A stretch of 64,000 nucleotides of DNA from Takakia lepidozioides (lineage: Eukaryota > Plantae > Bryophyta). Shown here piece after piece: positions 50,545 to 63,190 of the stretch. The stretch lies in assembly GCA_030704615.1 (NCBI GenBank), contig CM060734.1, positions 8,990,001-9,054,000 on the forward strand, given 5' to 3'. Made by a program: the position numbers and the translations under genes. Position 1 is the first letter of the stretch; every line of letters starts with the position of its first letter. The notes below the pieces were generated by a model. That model saw nothing but the letters and a program-made list of their open reading frames with translations, did no database searches and was not told the origin of the DNA.

Positions 50545-51685
50545 AGATTGTGGTCCAGATTCATCCAATAGGCCCGGATTTCAAGCTCCAGATTACCTAT
50601 GATTCCCTATGGAGGATAGCCACAAGAAACAGATGGTCAACTGGAAGCCGCAGCAGCAGCGGCACAATGGATAAAATCAGGCACTGCTAATGAAGGCACC
50701 TTCTTCAACACATTTCACCCTGTTTTTCCTTCTTATCAGAATCCGCCCTAAATTTCCATGTTGAATTCTGTAAGTTACCTGGTTGAGTGAACCTTTGATA
50801 GTTTGGAGTGACTTTGACATGGTACTGCCAATGTGACAACAGGGAAGTATCCAGAAACAGGTAACAGCTGAGACAAGGAGAAGCTGTGGAAATGAATACT
50901 TTTCTGACCCCAGTCAATGGTGGGACAATCGAGGCAAAAAGGTGAATGCCTGTTGGATTGCAGAGAATAGCAGATGCAATGTGTGATAAGTTGAATTGGG
51001 TGTTTCCTAGAACAAGCTAGGCTGTCATTGTCAGCTGCTAGCAGCAAGGCAAGGATGAATGCATGATTTTGTGTAGAGGCATGGATAGCGGAAGGAGCAG
51101 GGGTAGAGTGTGGGTACATATTCATCCAAGTGGGCCAGATTTCAAGCACCAGATTACCTATGATTCCCTGTGGATCAATAGCTACAAGAAACCTGCATGG
51201 GTATATGGTCAACTAAAGGCAACATCTGCAGCGGCACAGTTGATAAAATCAGGCACCTCAACCATGACCACAGCTTCTGGAACTAGAGGATCAAAAGAGG
51301 GAGTCCACAATGCCTCTTCTGCACTTCTGGGCCTATGAAGATGCTTTGCACGAGGCAGGCATATTGAAAGAGGCTCTACAGACTTTAAACCAAGGAGGCA
51401 TTTCAGCAGATTCAGATATGTATGTCTGTCTCTTGCATAAGTGCATCAAGGTGAAAGGCCTGGAAGCTGGAAAGCAGGTGCACACTCACATTATCCAAAG
51501 TGGATTCACGCCAAATGTTTTTATCCTCAACACCCTTGTCAACATGTATATTAAGTGCGGGAGCATCATGGATGCTCACGAAGTGTTCAACAAAATGCCT
51601 CAACGATCTTTGATCACGTGGAATATATTGTTGGCAGGATTTACCAAGGATGGGTGTGGTAGGAATGCTTTGGAGACCTATGATG
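50545..51685 (+). pseudogene. OSB(PDF)-motif plus PPR gene fragments; continuation of 43860-44207
   Basis: GPDFKLQITYDSLW; YFSDPSQWWDNRGKK (~50895); GPDFKHQITYDSLWINSYKKPAWVYGQL; then PPR motifs YVCLLHKC...LVNMYIKCG...ITWNILLAGF, truncated at ~51685. Confidence 0.85.
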
Positions 51686-51804
51686 TCGTCATCCATCCGT
51701 GTGACTTGCCCAAATATGTTACACCCCCTATATCCACCATTCACCAAAAACCTATAAGAATGCAATATAATTCACAGTCGAAAATTGGTTGAATAGACAA
51801 CAAC

Positions 51805-52500
51805 TTATAGTAATACTTCTTCTGCCACTTCAGTCTGTATGCCGATTGTGAATGTTAAGTCGTCATCGTAATGCTTGAATGTTGGCGCCATTTTTTCCTC
51901 TTGATAGAAGAAGACCGATGCGGGGTTCTGGTCTTTCCACATGCGGACACTCTCCGCATCGTTGGCATGTTTTTTGAACGTTTGCCACGTCCGTTTCTCG
52001 GCCAGGTTGCGCACATCCTGCTCCAACAAAAAATCATCCCGTGTCCATGCATCCCCCAACCTGGTGTTATTCATGACGTGCTCTTTATGTTCCATCATGA
52101 TTTGGGCGACTGACAGGCCTCGGCACAAACACTCCATGACCCATGCTTTCAATTCCTTGCTGATGTGTGGTGCATAGGCGTGGCGGGTGTTCCTGAACTC
52201 AGCCGACTTCCCATGAGAGGCTTTGTAGTATGTGAGGACACAAATGTCGGGGGTGAGATAACATTGCTGGCCCTTGAAACAGTATTGGCAACCACGCTTG
52301 TAAGACTCTCCATATTCCAACTTCTTTCTCCTTGGGCCTTTATGAGGGTGAGATGTTCCAGCACCCACAAGAGGTCCTCCACGCTTCAGTTTTGGATCCT
52401 CCACTATTGCATTGTTGGTGCGCTTGTCATCTGGACCGTAGCAGCATTGATATCTAGACATAAAATTCAAAATCGATACCCATCGGTATCAACCTCACCC
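51805..52500 (-). pseudogene. N-terminal fragment of a MULE/SWIM-type transposase-related protein
   Basis: YQCCYGPDD...KRGCQYCF...APHISKELKAWV...GLSVAQIM...RDDFLLEQDVRN...DAESVRMW...VFFYQE...FTIGIQTE, the pattern of plant SWIM/MULE proteins. Confidence 0.75.
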
Positions 52501-52519
52501 TATGGACTCTCCTAATAAC

Positions 52520-55012
52520 TTACGCATAATCAATCCTGGCTTTGCACATGCAATTGCCATTGTTGAGGTTGGGATGTAAGCAGTTCGTAACGGTGGGTGT
52601 GTATGTGGAGGATGCTTGTGACCATATTTCATGGTTAATGTCCGTAGGGTTGGTGAGCAAGTGGTCGTGTCGGTGTTTGATACAGTCGATGGGCGGGTTT
52701 AGGGCCGGGTTAAAGATGGCTTTGTGCACTTTTTTGGGATGGTCATGCAGTAATTGATTGAAGGAAGAAACAATTTTTTTGTGATTGTCAGCAGCTTTTT
52801 GGTTGGTGATATTGTAAGCTTCTTTTTTAGCATCTCTTCCAATTCTGGAGAGAGTAGCGATCCAGTCTAGAATACTATGAGGGTTATCCGGTGGGGCCAT
52901 GAGTGCTTGGCATGTTTTTAAGGTATTTAGGCACAGGATGCGAGGGCCTGTTGTCCAGTTATTTCCTGGGTGTATGTGGGAAGTAGTGGGTATGATAGTG
53001 AGGGCGCGTCTAATTGTGTGATATGTGTTAAGATGCAGCTTCCAGGCACGTTTTTGAATACGAATAAGGTAGCCCCCATTTTCTTTTGAGCGTGTAGTTT
53101 GTGGGATCTTAGTGGGGGTGGAGTAGGTGGCGATGACGCTTTTGGTCATTTCTTCCATTAAAGTTCTGAGTGTTTTTTCGGAGGCCAGCCAGGTTTTATC
53201 AGGGGATTGCATCAGGTTATCCTTTGTGAGTATGTCTGATAATTGAAGTGTTAGATGTGTGGACATGGGATGGAAGGCGGATATGTTGCATTGGGGGAGT
53301 GGAGATAATATTCTAGATTGAGTGGGGGGGACTTGTACTTGTGGAATGGGGGACGGTGGAAAGGCTATAGTGACAGAGTAATGGTCCGAGTTGCATAAGC
53401 TGTTAATTTGAACATGACTGGTAAGGTATGCGGGAATCGCATTATGTATTTTGAGGTAAAAACCGTCCAGGAGGCTTAAGGATGAGTAGTTGAGTCCCCC
53501 TTGCCTAGAATAGTGATGGTCGGCTAGTATGTATCGGAGATGATGTGATTGGGTGAATTGTGCCCATTCTTGGTCTGTTGCAGATGGGGGTTTATGTGTT
53601 CCGTTATGTGTGTGGCCCAGCAGGGCAACGTCCCTGTTGAAGTCACCTGCTAGAATGTAGTGTTGGGTGTGGGTCAAAGGTTGGGTCAGTGTGTTGGAAA
53701 TGGTAAGTAAGATATCAGAGAGCAGAGGTAGATCATCCATGTGTGAGGGCATATATAAATGTATGAGGGTAATGGGGGAGAGTGCGGGTAAGTGGATTTT
53801 GATGATTTGGAGATGTGAGCGGAGGGGGAGAGCAACAGGTATTTTGACCGTGGTGCTTGGGGAGTGATGCGTGCAGAGGATGCCGAAAGTGACACCGCCA
53901 CGGGTGGGATGATATGGCGTGGAGCGTCTAGTAAGGCATTGCGTAGCTGTGAATGAATTGTCATATAGCATGTAATAGGCAGGTAGGAGTTTATTGATAT
54001 AGGAGCTATTGGGGTTGTGTGTATTTAGTTTTGTTTCTTGTAGGAGAATGATGTGCGGGGCTGCAGATTCTGTGAGATGGATTAGGCTTTGAATATTGGT
54101 GGCTAGTGATCCTACATTCTAGGTTGTTATGTTGAGTGAATGCGCATGTTGAGAGGGAGGGGTGTGTGGGGGGCTAAGGGACGTAGGGGGTTCGGAGGGT
54201 GTGCATGGCAGGGGAGTAGGTGATGGTGGCCTAGGCGTAGGTTGATAGCCAGGGATGCTTGCTTTGGCTTGAAGGGTTGCGTTGAGGATGTCTTTAGAGA
54301 TAAATGGGAATTTGGTAGAGATAGTGTTGACCGCTTGTGGGGTATCGGTAATGTGTTCCAGATGTGCACCCAGTATTTGATGAACTTCTCCTAGTTTAGT
54401 TTGTAGTAGGTGGAGGGATTCTTGAAGGTTATGTAGATAGTGTGGTGGTGCTAAGTATTCATGGGGCTGTGCGGGTAGTTTTTGCAGTTGTTGTAGGAGC
54501 AAGCGTATATGCGTGTCTGGGTGGATCTCAAAATAGTCATTGCATATGGAGGGGATCGGGGAGACGGTGATGATTAGCGAGAAGAGGATATGTTGCATAG
54601 GGCATGCATGGAGTTTATGGGTGACTTTCACTAGTGATGGGTTTTGGCAGGCTAGTATCCCGAAGGTGGCTATTGGGTGCGTAGGTTTCCGGTTATTGGT
54701 GGATGGGTTAAGAAAGAATGGAGAGTAGTGCGTGCTAAGGTGCTGGTATGAGGGGGTGAGTGAGATTGTTTCTGGTTGGAAGTATAAGTTATATTTTTTT
54801 TGGTGATCTTTGGGAAGTTTGTTTATGATACTGGCGATGTGCCCATAGAGGGATGAGATATCGGTTGGGCGAGGCCGGTTCGCACTGACGGAAAGATCCT
54901 AGAATGCAGGGCACGTGGCTACGTTGAAATTTAGGCAGCATGCGTTTATATAGCCAGAACCTAGGTGTGAGGGTCCAGAGGCTTGGTACATAGGCACCAC
55001 GGTGTATGACAC
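52520..55012 (-). mobile_element. Inverted 5' segment of an RTEX-like LINE (APE endonuclease region)
   Basis: NITT*NVGS...IILLQETKL; YILAGDFNRD; SLLDGF; NSDHY; the segment ends at CMCKARIDY. Confidence 0.9.
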
Positions 55013-57237
55013 ACTACCCATGGCACAATATAGACGGCTTCTCCTTAGACAACAGAGGATCCCCAACATACCATATTCTCGACCTATTCACACTGGACCT
55101 TTACGAATCATGCCTTAAAAAATTATCTAAGTCTAAAGCCCCAGGTCCTGATCTCATCCCAAATGCCATACTTCAAGCATAGACCCCCAACTCCACCATC
55201 TTATCTTCAAGTTTTTCCAGCTATGCTACAAACTACAACAAATTCCACACTCCTGGAAACATAGCCGCACCATCTTGCTCTTCAAAAAAGGTGACCCTAC
55301 GGACCTAAGCAACTATAGACCTATTGCACTAGCCAACACTATATATAAGTTATTTACCAGTACGTTCACCACAATGCTCTCAAGTTATGGTGAACAACAT
55401 CAAATTCTCAGCGACCCTCAAGAAGGTTTTCGCGCTACACGCAGTACCACACGACAAATACAATATGTCCTATCCACCCTCGAAGACGCTAAACTTACAA
55501 ATCGTGACATATATCTTCTTTACATCAACTTTAAAAATGCCTTCGGTTCCCTAGACCATGCTTGACCTCGGATACCCCGCTGATGCTGTCCAACTTATAA
55601 GAAACATCTACACAAACAGTACAACTGAATACTTCGGTGCATACTATGGCTCCACCCTACCCATCCCCATTCTTCGGGGTACCATACAAGGAGACACCTT
55701 AAGCCCCTATCTATTTATTATCTTCTTGGAACCCCTACTCAGATGGCTAGCCCGCGGTAAGCTTGGATTCCAATACAGACCTCCCCCAATGACATCTCAG
55801 CTGCAGCGTATGCAGACGATCTGACCATACTTGCACATAAACCACAACACTTAAACCGACAGGTCAACAAACTATCCCGATTCAATCAATGGTCAGGTAT
55901 GGAACTTAGCTTGCACAAGTGCGCTATTACAGCCGCAACACATCATAGCCGGCTCTCTAAAGATGTTATTGCCTCGCATTGCAAACTCTATGTACACTAC
56001 CAAAACACGCCCTTCCCCTTTTTGGGACCCGATGAACCCTACACTTATCTAGGCATCCAATTAGTTCTCTCCCTCACCTGACACATCCAAAAAGAATCTA
56101 CCTCATCCAAACTTGCTAATAAAAGCCTATCCCTTCTTAATTCCCCAATTGCCATCCGACCCAAGCTATCAATCATTAAATCGGTACTACAAACCCAAAT
56201 CCAATACTCATTCCATGCTGCACCCTTCTCCCTACCCGACATCAGAAAATTGGATAAAAGCATTATTCAGCTCACTAAACGTGTATGTGGCTTACCAACT
56301 AGTACCCTAATGCCCTCACACAACTCCCAACTGACCATTACGGAGTTGGCTCTAGCCCACTTATTATTTCATATGCTCGTACATTGGGTACACAACTCAA
56401 ATAAGCACTAAACGATCCCGGACGGCTTGGTATCATCTAGGGTCTCCTTAAATTCCTTGCCCTAAGATACAATGGCCTATACTCGCTATCATTGCTACAT
56501 CCACAAGCATGCCTCCACTCTCCCACTGCACGCACACTCCTCATCTTACACCAAATGAAAATTAGCATACAGAACGACTTGTCAAACTACCCTGACACCT
56601 CATCACCACTAGAACAGGCATGGCTTACCAGCCCTTTCTTGTCACAGTTCAACATCTCCCACCCAAAGCAAAAAATCCCTATCCTCACTTACTTCAAAGA
56701 GCGTTGCATCACCACCCTTACCCAACTTACCACTGCCACAAGCCACCGACTATTAAAACCAAGTGAATTCACCCTTGAATTCTCTCGAGCCACGTCCAGA
56801 ACTAGCCGTTATCTGCACCACCTCCGTACCCTCTTCTGTCACCCATCAATAGCTTGTACTCTCCAATATGACCTCCCATGTCTTTACCACCCCCATACGG
56901 TTCAAGACCTACTCCCTTAGTACCGATCTACTCCAGCCGCCTCCATCTACCAAACACTCAGAACAACATATTCCACCAACACCCCCGCACCCACACCATC
57001 CAACCCCCCCTCTCAGCCCTCTACCCCACAGCATGATGAACCTAGCAACGACCCACTTCAAACCCCAAGTCAAGTACCTAATCTGTCAGACACCCCTACC
57101 CAACCTCAAACTACTCCAGTAGTAACCCCCCCACACAACTCTGATAACCCCGATGCCTACGTCATTGAAGCTATACGGGGAATTAAGATTGACGCCTTTG
57201 GTGCCACCTCCGTCGATACATACTATCACTGCAAATG
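55013..57237 (+). mobile_element. RTEX-like LINE RT region extending into the chromodomain, truncated by a MULE insertion
   Basis: KAPGPD; LFKKGDPTDLSNYRPIAL; QEGFR; QGDTLSP; YADDL; ends YVIEAIRGIKIDAFGATSVDTYYHCKW. Confidence 0.92.
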
Positions 57238-57700
57238 GGGGGCTGCTATTTCATGAGCCATGAGCCATGAGCGGCATGAGCCATGAACAGAGTCGTAAGT
57301 GTCGAAAAAAACATGAGCAGGACTATTTTCCGGAAATGAGTGTCCGCGGGAATAGGGTTTAGGGTGTCACGGTCATAGGGGGAGAAGGACCTCCCGATGA
57401 AGGAGGTTCGGCAATGTTTTTTAGAATTACATATTGAAAGGCAATGTTTCACGAATGGTAGGGTGGTACTACTCTGTACAATGGGGGCCCATTTCAGCCT
57501 ACCAGCCACTTGCAAAATCCACCCACACTCCCAATCCCAAACGAAATGAGGAATGATGCATTCTAGGAACGATGGATACAGAATAGAACAAATAGAGGGC
57601 ACAATGGGGTTTTTATTGATCCACATGAATTGCATTTGAAGCACGTCTAATGTGCTGATTGTGCAAACAAATCTTTAGCCCTGTGCCTTCTGAATACAAG

Positions 57701-58264
57701 TCACGTTGTCAATGGGACTTTGACTGCCCTGAGAACTAGCTCATGAGTCATCGGGCTCCTCCAGGTAAACTGGATTGCAGCCGTTGTACCGCCCCTGTTG
57801 ATGTTCACCACAATGTCGTGCCCTTCAATCATACCACCATCGAATATGGAAAGCTTCACGTTTTCGTCGTCCACACCAATGCGAATGTCCCCATACAATG
57901 GAGAAGAGGAGCGCACTCCTTCAGGAGTATAAGTCTCTCCGATGGAGTCCACCCACGTCCACTGGCAGCAGTTCCACCGCAACAGCATAGCAGTGCGCAT
58001 TCTTCTGCATGGGTGCCCGTCGTAGCTGGGAAAATCGGAATCAAGGATGCACAGGAGCCACGGACTCCTCAGACCAAGATCGTCACCCCGCTCGAAGGCG
58101 TACTGGCCTGGGATATACTCAAAAGCGGACAATGTTTCCACATTCGAACCAGTATCTTCTGTGTAATCTGTGTACCAGATAACGATGTCTCCCGATGTGG
58201 CCGAATACATTGCATAATCGAAGCCTCCATAAGGGCAGTCGTCCCGGTTCCGGAAGCACGGCAT
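57701..58264 (-). CDS. Uncharacterised transposon-borne protein (>=187 aa); N-terminus probably extends upstream but is degenerate
   Basis: Open frame with a clear paralogue at 58791-59398 (CPYxGxDYAM, SGDI, EYxxGxYxFERG, RWNCCQWT, PxYGDIR, DGGMIxGHDIVV, ELVLRA). Confidence 0.65.
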   Translation of the reverse strand: MPCFRNRDDCPYGGFDYAMYSATSGDIVIWYTDYTEDTGSNVETLSAFEYIPGQYAFERGDDLGLRSPWLLCILDSDFPSYDGHPCRRMRTAMLLRWNCCQWTWVDSIGETYTPEGVRSSSPLYGDIRIGVDDENVKLSIFDGGMIEGHDIVVNINRGGTTAAIQFTWRSPMTHELVLRAVKVPLTT

Positions 58265-58790
58265 CCTTGCAAAGGAGGACCTGAGGACGTCTTTGATGCC
58301 GATGACAATGACCTTGCGGACAGCAACGAAGCCCTTAGATTTTCAAAATGATGAGAAGCGGAAGAGCAGTGCGGGCTCCAATAATGGAGCATCTGGGTCA
58401 CATGTACCCACCAATCATCGTGTAACGTGTTCATCACGCCAGCGGTGGATGAACCGATACCTCTTTCTCATCCACGGGGTATAGTTTGAAATCTGCCACC
58501 GAAGTCCATCCCCCAAATGGAAATTCGGCGTCGCATTTACATCAAAGGGGGGATGGACTTCGTCGTCTTGAGTGGCTATAGGCCCACCTGGCACTTACTG
58601 CCCATACTTTGCATGGCAGGGAAGGAAACTGAAATGGCTACATTCATGGAGCAGCCAATCATCATCCGTGCAGGTTCTTGTCGGGGGGAAATTTAAATGT
58701 GCCCTGGAGTGTTTGTGAGGAATTGCAGCGTTTGCTTGAATTTCTTCCAGCCACCGCGCTGCTGCCTCCTCCATCCGGGAGCTGCTGTCA

Positions 58791-59398
58791 TTGAGCGTAC
58801 TCCGCTACTCTTTTTCAAGGATGCCGTGCCGCCAAAATCCTGCTGACTGCCCTTATCATGGCCACGATTATGCTATGTTCAAACCAGAATCAGGAGACAT
58901 CATTGTCTGGCTCTCTGTTTTCACAGACGCTTCTGGAATCAAGCGGGAGTCTTTGCGCGCAATGGAGTATCTGGAGGGCTATTACCGCTTTGAGCGAGGT
59001 GAGGGCTAGGGTCAATGCGGTCCGTGGGTCCTGAAAATTGTTGACCTCGATATACCAAGGTGGAATGGGATGCCAGACAGATCACGCACGGCCTCACTTT
59101 GGCGCTGGAACTGCTGCCAGTGGACCAGGGAGGACGGCACCGGGAAAACTATATTCGTGGAGTTCACTCCGCTTTTCCAATGTATGGAGACATTCGGCTG
59201 AGTTGCGAAGACGAATCGCACGGGCACAGGAGGCCCATAGTGACCTTGTCAATGTATGATGGTGGTATGATTGATGGGCATGACATTGTCGTCAGCTCCA
59301 CCAAGGGCACCAGATCGACCGCATTGCAGTTTACCTCGAGGTGCCGCATCAGTAATGAGCTTGTTTTGAGGGCTATCGAAGTTCCGTCGACTTGGTGA
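58791..59398 (+). pseudogene. Disrupted paralogue of 57701-58264, arranged head-to-head
   Basis: Same motifs; TAG at 59007-59009 and a frameshift near 59150. Confidence 0.75.
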
Positions 59399-59673
59399 CG
59401 CCCATGTAGAAGGAGGAAGGGCTTAGATTTGTCTGGAGTTGCTAAATGTGAGACACCGTGTTTGATCAATAAAACAACCCATCGTACCTCACTTCTGTGT
59501 GCTTGTGTTTCATCGTGTTCCAGAACTGCCGTAATTGGCCCACTGTTTACAATTTGAGGTCTCATTTCTACAATGTGTTTGTCCAAATGAATATACCGGA
59601 GTCAGCGATATCAGAGTCCTGAGGTGAAGAAAATCCATCTATGAGTAAAAAGAAACATGTACACGCCGAAGCT

Positions 59674-60415
59674 CGGAAATTCGGCACCGCATTTCATTTT
59701 TCTCCATGCAGCGATTTCTGGCAGCTCCCTTTCCTCCGTTGTCGTCGTAACGGAAATGCTGTACAGCATTTCATTTCCTGACATGGCATTACCATACTTC
59801 GAATTTGAAATGCGGTGCCGCATTTCCATATTGGACCTTGAATTGTCTGAGCATGTCCAGTTGCTAATGCTTGTCCATGTCCATACTTGAAATGCGCCAC
59901 TGCATTTCCATGTCCGTCATCGAAATTTCGTACCGGACAATGAAATGCGGCACCGCATTTCCGTCGAAGGGTCTGGAATTGGACAAACAACGATGTCCGT
60001 TTTGGAAATGCGGCGCCGCATTTCCATGTACGTCATCGAAATTTCTTATTGGACAATGGAATGCGGTGCCGCATTCCCGTCTAGCATCATGGAATGGGGA
60101 GCCGCATTTCCGTCGATGGGTCTGCAATTGGAAAATGTCCATCTCCAAAAGGTAAATGCGGCACCGCATTTCCATGTTCGATCTCCGCATTTCCATTTAC
60201 CTCCATGGAAGGAGCTGGCAATCGGCAAAACTGTCGTGTCGGAAACGGAAATGCGGCACCGCATTTCCGTTTGTCCGAACAGTTTCTGATGTCCAAACCA
60301 TGAAACGGAAAATTGTTCTTGCCCCGGTTTTGGAAATGCGGTGCCGCATTTCCAAAGGAGGTTTTTGCAGTTGCCACATTTCTGTTCCGACATTGAAATG
60401 CGGTGCCGCATTTCA
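59674..60415. repeat. Array of about 12 palindromes GAAATGCGGYRCCGCATTTC
   Basis: Copies at ~59675, 59752, 59807, 59890, 59942, 60005, 60058, 60090, 60153, 60248, 60332 and 60395; outliers at ~58519, 61695 and 62948. Confidence 0.95.
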
Positions 60416-60596
60416 GATTTTGGGAGGGACCAGGTTTGGACGATGTTGTCGTTGAGAAGCACATGGGAGAGGGGACATGAAGGACGGGGAGAATCTCCTT
60501 TATATACTTTGGAATAGAATTTAAATGTACAGAGAGTTCATTAAAATTCTATTAATCTTGAAAATCATCACTATCGTCGTCCTGTCCTTGACTGTC

Positions 60597-63190
60597 CTAC
60601 TCCGCCTCCACCCCGTCATTGCCTTTCTCATCTCCAGCGGACTGCTCGTTGGCCAGGCTTTCGATAATCCCATCTTCACCTTGCGGAACCGACCATCTCA
60701 CCTCCGTTGGCTCGTCGTCCTCCCTGTCTGCATCGCTCTCGTCCACTGAATCATATATGAACTTTCGCACCCGTCTACCTGTCTCAGCTGTTGCCAACTC
60801 TTTCCTTATCCTTTTGTCCTCCCTAGCCCTCTCCAAATCTTCTCTACTTTACTGGGTTTCTCACAATCGTCTAATCGCTGTATTTGCGAGTTTAGCTGCA
60901 TAACTAGGAAGGGAGTAGTCCTTCACCGGGCTCGTCATGAAGTCGGCCCTCGCAAAGAACGGGACATTCTTCCTGGCATTAAGTGTAGGCCCTACATGTT
61001 TCGACCCGGATCCTGGAATCCTGCACATAACAATCACCAACGAGACCAATGAGAACCACAGTCCGGAAATGCGTTTGACAAAAAATCACCTAGAAGGCTT
61101 TGCAAACTTACAATGTTTGCACTCACTCATATTCCGGGTTCTCCTCGGCATCAATGTCCACTGTCTCTTCCTCCGACTCCGACGAATCGAGGAGTGTTTG
61201 GCTTTGATGGGAGCCTTCACATTCCGTTGCAGCCCTTCCAGATGGGATCCCCAGACGGATGTGTCCTCCTCGTAGGCAAAGAGGTGCCGGTCAGAAAACT
61301 GCCCAGCCCACATTGAGGCACATGTTACAATGCCATCCACACATTATGACATGGCCCTTCAGATGTTGCGAATGAAAGCATAACGAGAATTTGCAGAACA
61401 GCCAACAAGATTCTGCATACCTGTCCCACAGATGAGGTCGAGCACTGTGCCCTCCACGTCAGTGCATGTCTCCATAATTGTCTGAATGAAGGCAGGGCTC
61501 CGAGTCCGTGAATACCGCAGGGGTTCAGTTGAAGTGAGGCTATGAGGGAGAAGTTCCGTGGGAACGTTGTGGATTTTTGTAATTGATGGGGTCGCAGTTC
61601 GGTCAACCAACCCCCCTCGAAAGCAAAGGTGGAGTTCTCCTTCACAAAGCAGTATGCATCGAACTGCTTCGCTGCATACACAGGGGAAACGATCGAATGC
61701 GGCACCGCATTTCAAAACTCCAAAGAAAATAAAGGACGAGTGCCAATGTCGTAATTACCTTCTTCCCTTCCGACCGAAGGCCCAATGTGTTGATGCACGT
61801 CCACTTCTTCTTCAGAATTGGGATGGCGCTCTTGCGGGTCCACTTTGCAATTCTTGTCTGCGTGTTTTTGCCTCTCTGCTCGCCAGGACAACCACACAGC
61901 CTCTGTCGTCCAACACCATGCGGCGAGCCCAATCCTTTCTTCCAAAAGTCCTCGGAGTACCTGTTCCAAGATGGCAAAGCTTGCAGTCTTCCACAGGCTC
62001 TCCGTCCGGAATATCCAAGATGATCATATCGCAAGACCACTCGGTGGCATTTCCGCCCCTCCTGCAATCCTTGTCCGCACACACCCTCTCAAAGACGAGA
62101 CCATCTTCAGAAACCCCAGGGGTGTCGGAAGGCTCTTTGGCAGCCGCCTTCTTCAGTGCTCTGCCCTTCAGACCCTCCATGGTCTTCATGTATGCCAACT
62201 TCGCTGCCCGTCCATCCAAAGCCGCCAAGAAACTCTCATTCACACACTGGACTACTGTTCGGGATCCACTTTTGGCCTCTTCATTTCCACCGCTCGAAAG
62301 GGTGCCCCCCGGGGGGTTGAAGAGTGCCTTCTTTGCCGAGCCTGTTCTCGTCCCTCTCGTGACAACGGTGGGCACAGGGGATTTTTGGCTGCATCTCGGG
62401 GGGTGGGCTGGTTGCAAAGTCTCCATCGGAGTCCTCTTCCTCACCCTCTACCTGCACTATCTGTTTCTGCTTCTTCGTTTTCTTGGGTGTCACAACTGCT
62501 GCTCCTTGCTGGCGAGTCCGCTTCTTGGACCCCTTCTGTTGAGCCTGCACAGCTGCATCCACTGTCTTCTGTGCCATCTCAGCTGCCTTTCTGGATTGTT
62601 CTAGAGCAGCAGCTTCCTTTGCCGACTCTGGCCGAGTAGGGACATGTCTTTCCTTTCTCTTCTCTTCTGCTTTCACATGCAGATCTTTCTCAGACTCGTC
62701 AACAATTCCACCAGACATGTCCAGGTACCACGGGCATCCAACCAGATGCGCGGCCATTGTTTCTGCATCTCGGGTGTGTAGACACAGCTTGGGCCCGCCA
62801 CGGTCCAAGCCATGAAGAACGGGGGCTCTTGAGCTAGGGCCCTTGTCTGAAGAAGCACGTATTTCATATACCTGCAGGGCAGTCAGCATGCGTGAGCAAA
62901 AGTTGAGACCAACGTACTCGCAGAGTGCAACCGAAAACTTAAAATGCGAATGCGGTGCCGCATTTCCCAGACAAACCTCATAACCAAGCTTCGCATACAA
63001 GGACAGCTGGGCTTCACCTGTAAACAATTCGCATTGCAGCTTTTCCCGCTCCCTCCTGATGTGTAAACTCCACGCTCCTTCTTGCTGTCTGCAGCTCCCT
63101 GGCGAAGAGGTTGTCTTTGTACGCACATCTGAAACGTGTCACGTAGTCTTCCAATGTCTGTGTTCCATCCATTTGACATACAAGCCGAAC
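60597..63190 (-). pseudogene. DNA methyltransferase-like gene, copy 2 (frameshifted, one splice acceptor lost)
   Basis: NESFLA; DMIILDIPDG; WTCINTL; RSPAFIQTIMETCTDVEGTVLDLICGTG|ASMWAGQFSDRHLFAYEED. Introns 61672-61758 and 61322-61420 lie at the same positions as in copy 1. Confidence 0.8.

Noticed and set aside
57354-57364. Telomeric repeat (AGGGTTTAGGG), also at ~30841
   Set aside because: Only about 1.5 units in a transposon subterminal region; it is not an array.
59674-60415. CRISPR array (palindromic repeats with spacers)
   Set aside because: Spacing is irregular, spacers resemble each other, the repeats are degenerate and also occur in spliceosomal introns, no cas genes are present, and the context is eukaryotic.
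61558-62639. Long plus-strand ORFs (348 and 273 aa)
   Set aside because: These are antisense shadows of the minus-strand MTase-like gene and have no motifs.
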